Counted from the stretch's first letter, positions 1 to 9,393 are shown. The stretch is 63,725 nucleotides of DNA from Planctomycetia bacterium (GCA_005790565.1 SXUJ01000118.1:1-63725); one strand, 5' to 3'. The notes: generated by a model from the sequence alone, not told the origin. Numbers and translations: made by a program.

Positions 1-50
1 CACCGGCGGTCGCGAATGACTGCCTCGCAGTGGTGCGTGGCGGCTAGTGC

Positions 51-428
51 TTAGCCCTTCACGCCCTTCTTACCAGCGACGGTCTTCTTGCGACCCTTAC
101 GGGTGCGCGAGTTCGAACGCGTGCGCTGACCGTGAACGGGGAGACTGCGACGATGACGATCACCGCGCCAGCACTTGATGTCCTTGAGTCGTTGAATGTC
201 CTGCGCCATTTGACGACGCAGCGCACCCTCGACGATGAATTCGGTATCAATGACCGCGGTGATCGCCGCGACCTCAGCTTCCTTGAGATCGTTCGTGCGT
301 CGATCGGGATCGATGCCCACCTTGTTGAGAATGTCGAGCGCCGTCTTGCGCCCGATCCCGTGGATGTATGGGAGCGAGAATGCAATCTTCTTCTTCTCGG
401 GGATGTCGATGCCGGCGATACGAGGCAT
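51..428 (-). CDS. rpsM: 30S ribosomal protein S13
   Basis: 125-aa ORF beginning MPRIAGIDIPEKKKIAFSLPYIHGIG, with a basic C-terminal tail. It sits after rpmJ/infA in a canonical alpha-operon context. Confidence 0.97.
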   Translation of the reverse strand: MPRIAGIDIPEKKKIAFSLPYIHGIGRKTALDILNKVGIDPDRRTNDLKEAEVAAITAVIDTEFIVEGALRRQMAQDIQRLKDIKCWRGDRHRRSLPVHGQRTRSNSRTRKGRKKTVAGKKGVKG

Positions 429-547
429 AGTTGTGAGTCCTTCTTCTTAGCAAGCCCGCGCGAACTGGATTGCGGGCGTTTGAATCTAGTGTGCAGAAGC
501 GTGTTCGGGCTTGCACCAACCTGATGCAGTCCCGTCTAGCTGGGGGT

Positions 548-664
548 TCAACCTTGTCGTTGCTTCAGTCGTGGATTCTTCTTGTTGATGACAAACCGCT
601 TGCCCTTGCGGACAACGATCTGGCAGTCTTGGGTGCGGCGCTTGATGCTCGAGCGAACCTTCAT
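548..664 (-). CDS. rpmJ: 50S ribosomal protein L36 (38 aa, Cys-poor form)
   Basis: Not in the ORF track because it is under 60 aa. Manual translation of the minus strand gives [38 protein letters not shown] then a stop. It lies in the canonical slot between infA and rpsM. Confidence 0.9.
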   Translation of the reverse strand: MKVRSSIKRRTQDCQIVVRKGKRFVINKKNPRLKQRQG

Positions 665-749
665 AGTGGGCCTCTTGCTGTGCAAACTGGGGACTTCGGA
701 AACTTCAGGATCAAGACAGTAGGAGCGAAAACAGTCACAGGCGCTGATG

Positions 750-965
750 TTAGAACCGGTAAATGATCCGGCCCTTGGTCATGTCGTATGGGCTCATTTC
801 AATCGTGACACGGTCGCCAGGCAGGATTCGGATAAAGAACTTTCTCATCTTGCCGCTGACATACGCCAAGATTTCTTGGTCATTCTGAAGGCGCACCCGA
901 AACTTCGCGTCAGGAAGCGCTTCGGTGACTTCAGCGTCAAGGGTGATCTTGTCTTCTTTGGCCAT
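750..965 (-). CDS. infA: Translation initiation factor IF-1
   Basis: [71 protein letters not shown] is a typical S1-like IF-1. The start was moved to the internal ATG at 965 within ORF 750..1019. Confidence 0.93.
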   Translation of the reverse strand: MAKEDKITLDAEVTEALPDAKFRVRLQNDQEILAYVSGKMRKFFIRILPGDRVTIEMSPYDMTKGRIIYRF

Positions 966-1034
966 TGAGCCTTCTTCAACGAGTGCGCACAGTGCGCTCA
1001 AACCACATACAGCATGCAAACTTGACGGGAACGG

Positions 1035-2456
1035 TCACCCCTTAGCACTGCGGACGCGCGGCGCGCGATCCCCAATGCCCTTGGAAAGGAAACCGGAATA
1101 GTTACGCATAAGGAGGTTCGCCTCAATCCGTTGAATCAGATCGAGTCCAACACTCACCACGATGAGCAGCCCAGTCCCGCCGAGGAACTGACTGACATTG
1201 AACGGAATACCCATCTGCGACGAAACGACGGTCGGGATGATGGCGATCGCGGCCAAGAATCCACCCCCGACATAGGTGATGCGTTCCATCACTTGTTCGA
1301 GATACTCGGCGGTGTAGGGTCCCGGGCGGATGCCGGGAATGAAACTGCCGTGCTGCTTCAACTGCTTGGCCATCTCATCCGGCGAAAACTGAACGGTCGT
1401 CCAGAAGTAGCTGAAGAAGAAGATCATGCCGATCTCGCACAGCACATAGAGATATCCGCTGTTCTCGAAGTTCGATGAAAGGAAGCTCGTCGTCGAGCTC
1501 CACCAGTTCATTTCGCCTGAGCTTCGCGCGGAATCCGCGAGGAGACCGAAGACCCACGACGGGAACACCATCAATGAACTCGCGAACACAATCGGCATCA
1601 CGCCCGCGTGATTGAGGCGCAACGGAAGGTAGTGCCGTTGACCGCCGAACACCTTGCGACCGCGCGTGTGCTTCGCTTGTTGGATCAGAATTCGGCGTTG
1701 CGCCACCGTAATCACCACGGCACCCGCGACGACGAAGAGGAACCCACCAATGAGGAGAAGCAAGCCGATGGGACCGAGCTTGCCAGCTTCACTACTTTGA
1801 ATCGATGGATCAAAGCTCGTCACCACCCATTCGATCGCGCTGGGCATGCGAGCGAGAATGCCCGCGGTCAGAATCAAGGACACACCATTGCCGATGCCAT
1901 GCTTGTCGATCTGCTCGCCAAGCCACATCAAGAACAAACTACCCGCCGTCAGCGCCACAACACCTGCGAGGTAGAAGTTGAACAGTCCTGCAGTCGTCTC
2001 TAGGTACTGAGGCTGCACAAGATTTGACGTCACGAGATACTGCAGCCACATGTATCCCTGCAGGATGCAGAGACCCACGGTCGCATACCTCGTCCACTCC
2101 ATGATCTTCTGCTGGCCACTCGCGCCTTCCTTGCGAAGCTCTTGGAACATCGGCAAGACGGTTGTGAGTAGCTGGAAGATGATGCCAGCCGTGATGTACG
2201 GCATGATGCCGAGGCCGAAGATCGTGGACTGCTGCAGACTTCCGCCGGAAAAGATCGACGCGTACTCGAGGATGCGGCCGAATCCGCTCGTCTCCCCTTG
2301 CGTCGCCTTCTGTGCGGCGTCGTGCAGTTGTTGCTGATCAACGCCCAGAAGTGGAATCCAAAAACCCACGCGATAAATCGCGAGCATCGCCAGCGTGAAG
2401 AAGACGCGACGACGCAAGTCTGGAATCTTGAAGATGTTCGCGAAGGCTTGAATCAT
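1035..2456 (-). CDS. secY: Preprotein translocase subunit SecY
   Basis: 473-aa polytopic membrane protein beginning MIQAFANIFKIPDLRRRVFFTLAMLAIYRVG and ending LMRNYSGFL. It lies directly downstream of rplO. Confidence 0.97.
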   Translation of the reverse strand: MIQAFANIFKIPDLRRRVFFTLAMLAIYRVGFWIPLLGVDQQQLHDAAQKATQGETSGFGRILEYASIFSGGSLQQSTIFGLGIMPYITAGIIFQLLTTVLPMFQELRKEGASGQQKIMEWTRYATVGLCILQGYMWLQYLVTSNLVQPQYLETTAGLFNFYLAGVVALTAGSLFLMWLGEQIDKHGIGNGVSLILTAGILARMPSAIEWVVTSFDPSIQSSEAGKLGPIGLLLLIGGFLFVVAGAVVITVAQRRILIQQAKHTRGRKVFGGQRHYLPLRLNHAGVMPIVFASSLMVFPSWVFGLLADSARSSGEMNWWSSTTSFLSSNFENSGYLYVLCEIGMIFFFSYFWTTVQFSPDEMAKQLKQHGSFIPGIRPGPYTAEYLEQVMERITYVGGGFLAAIAIIPTVVSSQMGIPFNVSQFLGGTGLLIVVSVGLDLIQRIEANLLMRNYSGFLSKGIGDRAPRVRSAKG

Positions 2457-2537
2457 GCTTGTCGAGATCTCAGAGACGGAGGCTCAGGCATTAGCTCACA
2501 TGCGCGTCAGCAAACAGTCGGCAGTCAACGGCCAGGA

Positions 2538-2993
2538 TCACTTCGCAGCGACGAGCGTGGCCGCGCCACCTGCTGCTTCAATCTTGGACTTGGCGGAGTC
2601 ACTGAATTTCGCCGCGACGAAGTTCAACTTCTTCGCGATGTCCCCATGACCGAGCACCTTCAGAGGGAGCCGAGAATTCTTGACGAGGCCGAGCTTGACG
2701 CAGAGGGCGAGGTCGACGGTCGTGCCCGCCTCCACAACTTCTGCGACCTGGCTGACATTGACAACGTGATAATCCGTACGGAAGCCCGTGTTCTTGAAGC
2801 CACGCTTCGGAAAGCGACGCGCAAACGGCGTCTGACCGCCTTCGTAAGAAGGGCGGCTCGTCCAACCAGCGCGGCTCTTTGCACCGTTGTGTCCGCGCGT
2901 TGAGGTGCCGCCGATACCGGAGCCCTCACCGCGACCAACGCGCTTGCGCTTCTTGTTTGCTCCCGCCTTGGCGGTGATGTCATGGATCATCAT
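2538..2993 (-). CDS. rplO: 50S ribosomal protein L15
   Basis: KKRKRVGRGEGSGIGGTSTRGHNGAKSRAG motif. The start was set at the MMIHDI methionines, so the long upstream ORF extension is ignored. Confidence 0.93.
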   Translation of the reverse strand: MMIHDITAKAGANKKRKRVGRGEGSGIGGTSTRGHNGAKSRAGWTSRPSYEGGQTPFARRFPKRGFKNTGFRTDYHVVNVSQVAEVVEAGTTVDLALCVKLGLVKNSRLPLKVLGHGDIAKKLNFVAAKFSDSAKSKIEAAGGAATLVAAK

Positions 2994-3107
2994 GGCTGTT
3001 CTGCTCCGTCTTTCACTCCGGAAGAACTCCGGAGAACTGGCTTGCAAATAGGACTTACGAGAAACACTCAACTCTCAACACTGCATCCGCGCGGCAGTCG
3101 CGCCTCA

Positions 3108-3809
3108 TCACGCGGCGGGCGCGCCGGTCCCCGCAGGCGCGTCATCACGTCCACGGCGTCCTCCGCCACCACTGCCACCACGTCCGCCACCGCCACCACG
3201 AGGCCCACGCCCCTTGCTACGACCGTCATCAACAGTGTTCTGTGGAGCGGCCATCTTCTCTGCGGATCGAGAAGAAACCATGAACGCCGCGCCGCGACGA
3301 ATCGCAGTTTCAACGGCGGTCGCTTGAATCGAGTGCCCGCGCAGAAGTTCGACTGTCTCGCGTGAACGAAGTTTTTCGAGCGCGTCAAAGGTCGCCTTCA
3401 CTGCGTTCTTTCCGTTCGAGGAGCCGTACACCTTCGAAAGGCAATCTTGAATTCCAAACATTTCTAGGACTGCGCGAACGGATGCGCCAGCCTTGACGCC
3501 CGTACCAGGCGCGGCGGGAATCAAGCGAACGGTGGTTGCGCCGAATCGTCCTTCCGCTGTGTGCGGAATGGTCTTGCCCTGCATTGGGAACGCGCGCATC
3601 TTGCGACGGCCTTCCTTCTGCGCCTTCTCGATGCTCTGTGGGACTTGCGTACTCTTCGCGTAGCCAATGCCCACACGGCCACTACGATTGCCGACCACAA
3701 CGAGCGCGGCAAAGCTAAAGCGACGACCGCCAGCCACCGTGGCGCTGGTGCGATAGACGCCAACCGTGGTCGATTCGATGTTACTTGTTTCGTCGATGAT
3801 CTCAGCCAT
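3108..3809 (-). CDS. rpsE: 30S ribosomal protein S5 with ~70-aa C-terminal extension ending in an RGG-rich tail
   Basis: The conserved S5 core is present (RFSFAALVVVGNRSGRVGIGYAKSTQVPQSIEKA ... GTGVKAGASVRAVLEMFGIQD). At 233 aa it is longer than the ~165 aa typical of S5. The tail reads GRGPRGGGGGRGGSGGGGRRGRDD. Confidence 0.95.
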   Translation of the reverse strand: MAEIIDETSNIESTTVGVYRTSATVAGGRRFSFAALVVVGNRSGRVGIGYAKSTQVPQSIEKAQKEGRRKMRAFPMQGKTIPHTAEGRFGATTVRLIPAAPGTGVKAGASVRAVLEMFGIQDCLSKVYGSSNGKNAVKATFDALEKLRSRETVELLRGHSIQATAVETAIRRGAAFMVSSRSAEKMAAPQNTVDDGRSKGRGPRGGGGGRGGSGGGGRRGRDDAPAGTGAPAA

Positions 3810-3879
3810 GTTTGAATCGCCTGTCTGCGGGAAGTTGCTTGCGAGAAGCTCGAAGGAAAAGGTCTAGAAACTCAATGAA

Positions 3880-4239
3880 TCAGAACTGCAATCCACTTGC
3901 GCGTGCGCCCTCGGCCACCGCTTTCACGCGACCGTGAAATCGGAAACCGTTGCGGTCAAAGACGATGGCGGTGACGCCCTTCGCCATGGCTCGCTCGGCA
4001 ATCGCCTTGCCGACCGATGTCGCTTCGCTCGACTTGTTGCCGGTGGACACGAAACCCTTATCGCGAGTCGATGCCGACGCGATGGTGTGACCAGACAAGT
4101 CGTCAATGACTTGCACATAGATGTGGCTGAGCGAACGGAAGACCGTGAGGCGCGGGCGGCTTGGGGAGCCGAGGAGCGTCTTTCGGATGCCGGACTTGCG
4201 GCGGCTTCGCTTCAATCGCTTGGATGCTGTCGGATTCAT
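3880..4239 (-). CDS. rplR: 50S ribosomal protein L18
   Basis: RPRLTVFRSLSHIYVQVIDD ... IVFDRNGFRFHGRVKAVAEGARASGLQF is a canonical L18 signature. It sits in the expected position between rplF and rpsE. Confidence 0.95.
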   Translation of the reverse strand: MNPTASKRLKRSRRKSGIRKTLLGSPSRPRLTVFRSLSHIYVQVIDDLSGHTIASASTRDKGFVSTGNKSSEATSVGKAIAERAMAKGVTAIVFDRNGFRFHGRVKAVAEGARASGLQF

Positions 4240-4298
4240 GTTCGTTCCTGTGAATTAGTGAAATGCCTTGGGTACTCGTTCACCGCGTGAGCGGAGGA

Positions 4299-4859
4299 TT
4301 ACGCGCCGAAGGCCTTTCCTTGCTTACGGGTAATGGTTTCTTCTTGGTACTTCACACCCTTGCCGTTGTAGGGCTCGGGCTTGCGCTGCATACGAACCTG
4401 CGCCGCGAATCCACCGACGGCCTGCTTGTCAGAGCCGGTGATGGTCACAAGGTTTGCCTCAATGACGACGGTCACGCCGGCGGGAATCGCCATGATGATC
4501 GGGTGGCAGAAGCCCACATTGAGCACAAGGTTTTTCCCTTGCAGCTTGGCTGTGTAGCCCACGCCGTTCACTTCGAGCTTTCGCTCGTAGCCCTTCGTCA
4601 CGCCTTCGATCATGTTGTTGATCGTGGAGCGCGTGGTGCCCCAGAAGGCGCGCCGACCGCCGATGTCGACCTTGCTGAAGTCATCGACGCCACACACGAC
4701 TTCTTTCTTGGCATCGTCGTAGGCGACCGTGATCTCAGGACGAGCGACGAATTTCAGCGTGCCCTTCGGACCGGTGACAGAGACCTCGCGAGTCGCGGCT
4801 GCGATGGCAACCTTGACGCCGGAGGGAACTGGGATGGACTGCTTTCCAATGCGGGACAT
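4299..4859 (-). CDS. rplF: 50S ribosomal protein L6
   Basis: MSRIGKQSIPVPSGVKV ... GYERKLEVNGVGYTAKLQGKNLVLNVGF ... EPYNGKGVKY. The start was set at the ATG at 4859. Confidence 0.93.
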   Translation of the reverse strand: MSRIGKQSIPVPSGVKVAIAAATREVSVTGPKGTLKFVARPEITVAYDDAKKEVVCGVDDFSKVDIGGRRAFWGTTRSTINNMIEGVTKGYERKLEVNGVGYTAKLQGKNLVLNVGFCHPIIMAIPAGVTVVIEANLVTITGSDKQAVGGFAAQVRMQRKPEPYNGKGVKYQEETITRKQGKAFGA

Positions 4860-4923
4860 GGGGTATTCCTGCTGGGGATCAAACGGGAGAGAAACTTGCA
4901 AACCAACACTTCAGAAAAACTGC

Positions 4924-5322
4924 TTAGAACACAAGCGCGACGACTTCGCCGCCAACCTTCATTTCGCGTGCCTTGCGATCGCTCATCACGCCTTGGCTCG
5001 TCGAAACGATGGACATACCAAGGCCTTCGTGTGGCCGAGGCAGAGCGCCGAATGCGGAGTACACGCGGCGACCGGACTTCGAGACGCGCTCGATGCCGCT
5101 GATGAGTTGCTCGCCGCGCGAGCCATACTTCAGATGAATTCGAATGATGCCCTGGTGGCCATCGGCGACGAGTTCGAAGTCGGAGATGAACCCCTCCTCC
5201 TTCAACACAGAGGCGACGCCGCGGTTCAGCTTGTTGGAAAGCGTGACGACAGACTTCTCGCGATTCCGCAGTGCGTTGCGAATCCGGGTGAGCATGTCAG
5301 AGGTCAGGTCTTGGATGGACAT
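4924..5322 (-). CDS. rpsH: 30S ribosomal protein S8
   Basis: MSIQDLTSDMLTRIRNALRNREKSV ... GMSIVSTSQGVMSDRKAREMKVGGEVVALVF. Confidence 0.96.
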   Translation of the reverse strand: MSIQDLTSDMLTRIRNALRNREKSVVTLSNKLNRGVASVLKEEGFISDFELVADGHQGIIRIHLKYGSRGEQLISGIERVSKSGRRVYSAFGALPRPHEGLGMSIVSTSQGVMSDRKAREMKVGGEVVALVF

Positions 5323-5506
5323 GGATCGTTCCTTCGTGGTCTAGAGTGATTGGCACTTGCCAGCCACACTCAACTGCAGTCTCAACAACATTCTTCAGCA
5401 TTCAAACTTCAATTTTCAGACTCGCTGCAACTCTCAGACTGGCCGTGGACGCTGCACGATCGAGTGGATCGCGCGCCGCCCCTCCGCTTACGCGGACGGC
5501 CTTCAA

Positions 5507-5692
5507 TCACCAACTGGCCTTCCGCATTCCGGGAATCATTCCCTTGAGCGCGAGCTCGCGGAGCATGATTCGGCTCATGCGGAATTTTCGGTACACGCCA
5601 CGCTTTCGGCCGGTCAGCTCGCAGCGGACCTCCTTGCGTGTCGAGAATTTCGGCGTTCGCTTCATGCGGTTGAAGGTTCGCTTGCTTGCCAT
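5507..5692 (-). CDS. rpsN: 30S ribosomal protein S14, short 61-aa form with degenerate zinc ribbon
   Basis: [61 protein letters not shown]. It has the length and C-terminus of Z-type S14, but only one Cys is present. Confidence 0.9.
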   Translation of the reverse strand: MASKRTFNRMKRTPKFSTRKEVRCELTGRKRGVYRKFRMSRIMLRELALKGMIPGMRKASW

Positions 5693-5762
5693 GAGTGGGT
5701 GCTTCCTATTCGTTCGTTGCAGTCGTGGGCTTCGCGAGTTGTTCGTCGCGAGGTTGGTTGGT

Positions 5763-6359
5763 TTACTTCTTGCTCTTCTTCTCTTCGGGAAGGACGAATG
5801 GCATGCCCATTTCGCCAAGCACGAAGCGGCTCATCTTCGGATTCGAATTCTCAAAGACCATGGTGATGTGCATGCCGTGCGTGATCGTCGAGTTCACCAT
5901 GCTGATTTCTGGCCACACCGCTTGCTCGGTCAAGCCGAGGGAGTAGGAGCCACCTGCATCGAACGCCGTCTCTTTCACGCCTCGGAAATCCTTGATACGA
6001 GGAATCGCGAGATTGATAAGGCGATCGAGGAAGTTCCACATTCGCTCGCGGCGCATGGTCACCATCACGGCACTCGGATTGCCCTCACGAACCTTGAAGT
6101 TCGCAACGGCCTTGCGGGCCTTGATGAGAATGGCGCGCTGGCCGGTGATGGTGGCAAAGTTCGAGAGGAACTGATCGCGCACTTCCGGCTTGAGCTTCTG
6201 ATTGTCGAGATACTTGCCGAGACCGGCGTTCACGACGATCTTCTTCAGCACCGGCACTTGGTGCGCGTTCTCGAGCTTGAACTCAGCCATCGTCTTCGCG
6301 ATGATTGCGTCCTTGTAGAGTTGCTTGAGGCGGGGGTTGGTCTTTGTTGTAGCGGACAT
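5763..6359 (-). CDS. rplE: 50S ribosomal protein L5
   Basis: [40 protein letters not shown] ... RDFRGV ... [14 protein letters not shown]. Confidence 0.96.
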   Translation of the reverse strand: MSATTKTNPRLKQLYKDAIIAKTMAEFKLENAHQVPVLKKIVVNAGLGKYLDNQKLKPEVRDQFLSNFATITGQRAILIKARKAVANFKVREGNPSAVMVTMRRERMWNFLDRLINLAIPRIKDFRGVKETAFDAGGSYSLGLTEQAVWPEISMVNSTITHGMHITMVFENSNPKMSRFVLGEMGMPFVLPEEKKSKK

Positions 6360-6416
6360 GGTCTGGATTCCTTAGTGCACCTTGCGCGAGCGAGCTTGCT
6401 TGCGTCGCGCCTGCGC

Positions 6417-6773
6417 TCAGGCTGACTTTGCGGACTTCACAGTCTTGCGGGGGCCATGAAGCACGGACAATTGCTTGCCCCCCTTCACAGCAACTCGAAC
6501 CTTCGAACCGTCTGCCTTCGTTGGAAAGCGAACGCGCGATGCCTTGCCGTCCACCGCGGGTGAAACATTGCTGCGATGCAGCGGTGCTTCCTGCTTGAGG
6601 ATGGTGCCTTGCGGACGAGTTTGCGTGCGCTTGAGGTGGAAGGTGCGGATGTTCGCGCCCTTCACGACAACTCGATCGCTGTCCGCTTCAATGCGGAGGA
6701 CTTCGCCGACGACGCCCTTGGAAGCGCCCTTGGTGACGATGACAACATCGCCCTTTTTCACATGGTTTGGCAT
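6417..6773 (-). CDS. rplX: 50S ribosomal protein L24
   Basis: MPNHVKKGDVVIVTKGASKGVVGEVLRI contains a KOW motif. The start ATG at 6773 abuts the rplN stop at 6775. Confidence 0.92.
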   Translation of the reverse strand: MPNHVKKGDVVIVTKGASKGVVGEVLRIEADSDRVVVKGANIRTFHLKRTQTRPQGTILKQEAPLHRSNVSPAVDGKASRVRFPTKADGSKVRVAVKGGKQLSVLHGPRKTVKSAKSA

Positions 6774-6774
6774 A

Positions 6775-7161
6775 TCAGATGACCTCCGTCGCGAGCGACA
6801 CAATTTTCATGAAGTTCCGCTCGCGCAACTCGCGGGCGACGGCACCGAAAATGCGCGTGCCCTTCGGGTTGCCTTCCTCGTCGACGAGGACGCATGCGTT
6901 CGAGTCGAATCGAACATACGAACCGTCTTCGCGGCGAGTAGGAGACTTGCAACGAACGATGATGGCCTGCGCTTTATCGCCAGCCTTGACTTCACCGTTG
7001 GGTAGCGCCTTCTTGATGCTCACGACGATCCGGTCGCCGATGCCCATGGTGAGGCGGCTGAACTTGCCCGACGCCGTTGAAGAACCGAGGACGCCGATCA
7101 CCATCGCTTCTTTCGCGCCGGAGTTGTCTGCGACTTCGAGTCTGGATTCCTTCTGGATCAT
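6775..7161 (-). CDS. rplN: 50S ribosomal protein L14
   Basis: [26 protein letters not shown] ... [24 protein letters not shown]. Confidence 0.97.
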   Translation of the reverse strand: MIQKESRLEVADNSGAKEAMVIGVLGSSTASGKFSRLTMGIGDRIVVSIKKALPNGEVKAGDKAQAIIVRCKSPTRREDGSYVRFDSNACVLVDEEGNPKGTRIFGAVARELRERNFMKIVSLATEVI

Positions 7162-7239
7162 GATTAGTCCTACCTATCGAACACTGTCTTGCGCATCAAA
7201 CGAATCGATGCATGTCGGGAGTAACTTCGGACGCGTGAA

Positions 7240-7554
7240 TCAGCGAGCAGCGGCTTCCTTGAGCAAGAGATGCGCGCCTTCTGGCGCCTTCTCCACGATG
7301 CGGACCAAGACCCAGTGCTTCGTGCGCGAAAGCGGGCGGCACTCCGCCACTTCCACGCGATCACCGAGGTGCGACTCGTTGTGCTCGTCATGGACATGGA
7401 GCACTGTCTTCTTCTTGATGTACTTGCCGTACTTGATATGCCGCGACACATACGGAATCACAACCGTGCGGGTCTTGTTGCGTGCATCGCTCTCGACAAC
7501 GCCAATGCGGCGCGGCGAATTCTCGTTCGTGACAATCTCAGCGGTATGGCTCAC
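7240..7554 (-). CDS. rpsQ: 30S ribosomal protein S17
   Basis: RIGVVESDARNKTRTVVIPYVSRHIKYGKYIKKKTVLHVHDEHNESHLGDRVEVAECRPLSRTKHW. It overlaps the rpmC stop by 4 nt. Confidence 0.93.
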   Translation of the reverse strand: MSHTAEIVTNENSPRRIGVVESDARNKTRTVVIPYVSRHIKYGKYIKKKTVLHVHDEHNESHLGDRVEVAECRPLSRTKHWVLVRIVEKAPEGAHLLLKEAAAR

Positions 7555-7763
7555 TTGCTCGTCTCCTTCGACGCTGCGGTTGCGCGTGCTTTGGTCTCGG
7601 TCAAGACTCGTGCGATGTCCTTGCGCGTCTTCTTGAATTGGGAGTTGTCAGCGACTTTCTCGCTCACGCTTTGACGACGAAGGTCGAAGAGTCGCCGACG
7701 GAGGCTTGTCGCCTCAATCGCGAGGTCTTCGTTGTTCATCGAATGGATTGCCTTAGCTTTCAT
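7551..7763 (-). CDS. rpmC: 50S ribosomal protein L29
   Basis: MKAKAIHSMNNEDLAIEATSLRRRLFDLRRQ, in the expected position between rplP and rpsQ. The start was chosen at the ATG at 7763. Confidence 0.9.
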   Translation of the reverse strand: MKAKAIHSMNNEDLAIEATSLRRRLFDLRRQSVSEKVADNSQFKKTRKDIARVLTETKARATAASKETSK

Positions 7764-7800
7764 AGGTATCAGTGCTCCTAACATCGACACTCAGACGGAA

Positions 7801-8223
7801 TCACACGGCGAGGCGGCGCCCAACGAACCGGCAGCGAATGGGCATCTTGTAGGCGATGCGCGCGAGTGCCTGCTTGGCGAGATCCTCGGGAACGCCCGCG
7901 ACCTCAAACAACATCGTGCCTGGCTTGATGCGTGCCGCCCAGTAATCCACATCCGCCTTTCCCTTACCCATGCGGGTTTCGAGCGGCTTCTTGGAGATTG
8001 GCTTGTCTGGGAAGACGCGAATGTAAATCTTGCCCTGACGACGGAGGAAGTGCTGCGCCGCGATACGACCGGCTTCGATCTGTCGCGCAGTGAGCCAGTG
8101 CGGCTCGAGCGTTTGCAGACCATAGTCGCCGTACGCAACATAGTTGCCTCGCGTTGCACAGCCGTTGAGCTTGCCGCGTTGCTGCTTTCGAAACTTGACG
8201 CGTTTTGGCATCAGGCCTGACAT
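7801..8223 (-). CDS. rplP: 50S ribosomal protein L16
   Basis: MPKRVKFRKQQRG ... ARQIEAGRIA ... KIYIRVFPDKPISKKPLETRMGKGKA. An alternative start lies at 8211. Confidence 0.95.
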   Translation of the reverse strand: MSGLMPKRVKFRKQQRGKLNGCATRGNYVAYGDYGLQTLEPHWLTARQIEAGRIAAQHFLRRQGKIYIRVFPDKPISKKPLETRMGKGKADVDYWAARIKPGTMLFEVAGVPEDLAKQALARIAYKMPIRCRFVGRRLAV

Positions 8224-8298
8224 CGGTCGTCTCCGGGAAACTGGGGTTCAGAACTGTGGACTGGACTACTAAGACTTGCAAACATTCCAACGCTTGGA

Positions 8299-9003
8299 TC
8301 AGCGACGACCGCGTGCACGGGCGCGACCGCCCGCTGCGCTCGAGGCGGTCTGATCCTCGTCGTGCTCGGTGAAGAGTCCCTTGAAGACCCAGACCTTCAC
8401 GCCGATGGCGCCGTAAGTGGTGTGACTGACGGACAGCGCAAAGTCGACATTCGCTTGGAGTGTCGAAAGCGGAATCGATCCGAGGCGGGTGTTGAGCGTG
8501 CGGCTCATTTCCGCGCCACCGAGGCGACCCGACAGCAGAATGCGAATGCCCTTTGCGCCGTTCTGCATCGCGACTTCCGCGCGCTGCTTGAGGACGCGGC
8601 GGAAGTTTGCGCGCTTCTTCAGCTGCTCTGCAATCACCTCGCCAATGAGCTTGGCATCGGCATCGGGGTTCTTGATCTCGATAATCTTGATCGCGACCTT
8701 GCGGCCCGTGAGCAACTGGAGATCCTGCGTGAGTTTTTCAACCTCGCCGCCCTTCACACCCACGACCTGACCAGGTCGCGAGGTCTTGAGAATGACGGTA
8801 AGTTCATCGCGCGTGCGCTCGATGAGGATGTCCGAAACCGCTGCGTACGGTGGCGTCTTGTTGAGGCGCTTGTCCACATACTTGCGGAGCTTGTAGTCCT
8901 CAACAAGGAGCGAACCGAAGAGAGCCTTCGGGGCAAACCAACGAGAGCGGTGAGCCTCAGTGACTCCGACGCGGAAACCAAAGGGTTGGACTTTTTGTCC
9001 CAT
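8299..9003 (-). CDS. rpsC: 30S ribosomal protein S3
   Basis: MGQKVQPFGFRVGV ... a KH-like region ... GIRILLSGRLGGAEMSR. Confidence 0.96.
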   Translation of the reverse strand: MGQKVQPFGFRVGVTEAHRSRWFAPKALFGSLLVEDYKLRKYVDKRLNKTPPYAAVSDILIERTRDELTVILKTSRPGQVVGVKGGEVEKLTQDLQLLTGRKVAIKIIEIKNPDADAKLIGEVIAEQLKKRANFRRVLKQRAEVAMQNGAKGIRILLSGRLGGAEMSRTLNTRLGSIPLSTLQANVDFALSVSHTTYGAIGVKVWVFKGLFTEHDEDQTASSAAGGRARARGRR

Positions 9004-9012
9004 AGTAATTAC

Positions 9013-9393
9013 TCAGCGTTCGGCGACAGCGACATGAATGTGGCAGGTGCGCTTGAAGATGTTGAATGCTCGACCGCGATCCTTCGGTTGGAACCGCTTG
9101 ATCGTCGGACCCTCGTCGATGCGCGACTCGCTCACGACGAGCTTGCTCGCGTCTGCGTTCTTTTCCTCAGCGTTCGCAATCGCGCTCTTGAGGACATAGA
9201 TGATGAACGCCGCGCCGCGCTTCTTCTCGAACTGAAGCGTGGTGAGTGCTTCGTCGACTCGCATGCCGCGAATCAGATCCGCGACAAGGCGAATCTTCCG
9301 CGGCGCGATGCGCGCGAAGCGATGACAGGCGTTGAAGCCCTTCTCGGCGACTGGCTTTCCAGCGTTGATGTTTTCTTTGATCGTGCGTGCCAT
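9013..9393 (-). CDS. rplV: 50S ribosomal protein L22
   Basis: ARIAPRKIRLVADLIRGMRVDEALTTLQF ... RFQPKDRGRAFNIFKRTCHIHV. Confidence 0.94.
   Translation of the reverse strand: MARTIKENINAGKPVAEKGFNACHRFARIAPRKIRLVADLIRGMRVDEALTTLQFEKKRGAAFIIYVLKSAIANAEEKNADASKLVVSESRIDEGPTIKRFQPKDRGRAFNIFKRTCHIHVAVAER

Noticed and set aside
1-50. A possible start of rpsK (S11) downstream of rpsM at the left window edge.
   Set aside because: Only ~50 nt are available, with no ATG and no recognisable S11 N-terminus. The only candidate is a GTG at the very edge, so it cannot be supported.
2994-3107. A possible hidden rpmD (L30) between rpsE and rplO.
   Set aside because: The gap is only 114 nt and contains no suitable small ORF.
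5346-6425. A 359-aa plus-strand ORF across rpsN, rplE and rplX.
   Set aside because: It lies antisense to three conserved ribosomal protein genes, has junk-like composition, and is a shadow ORF.
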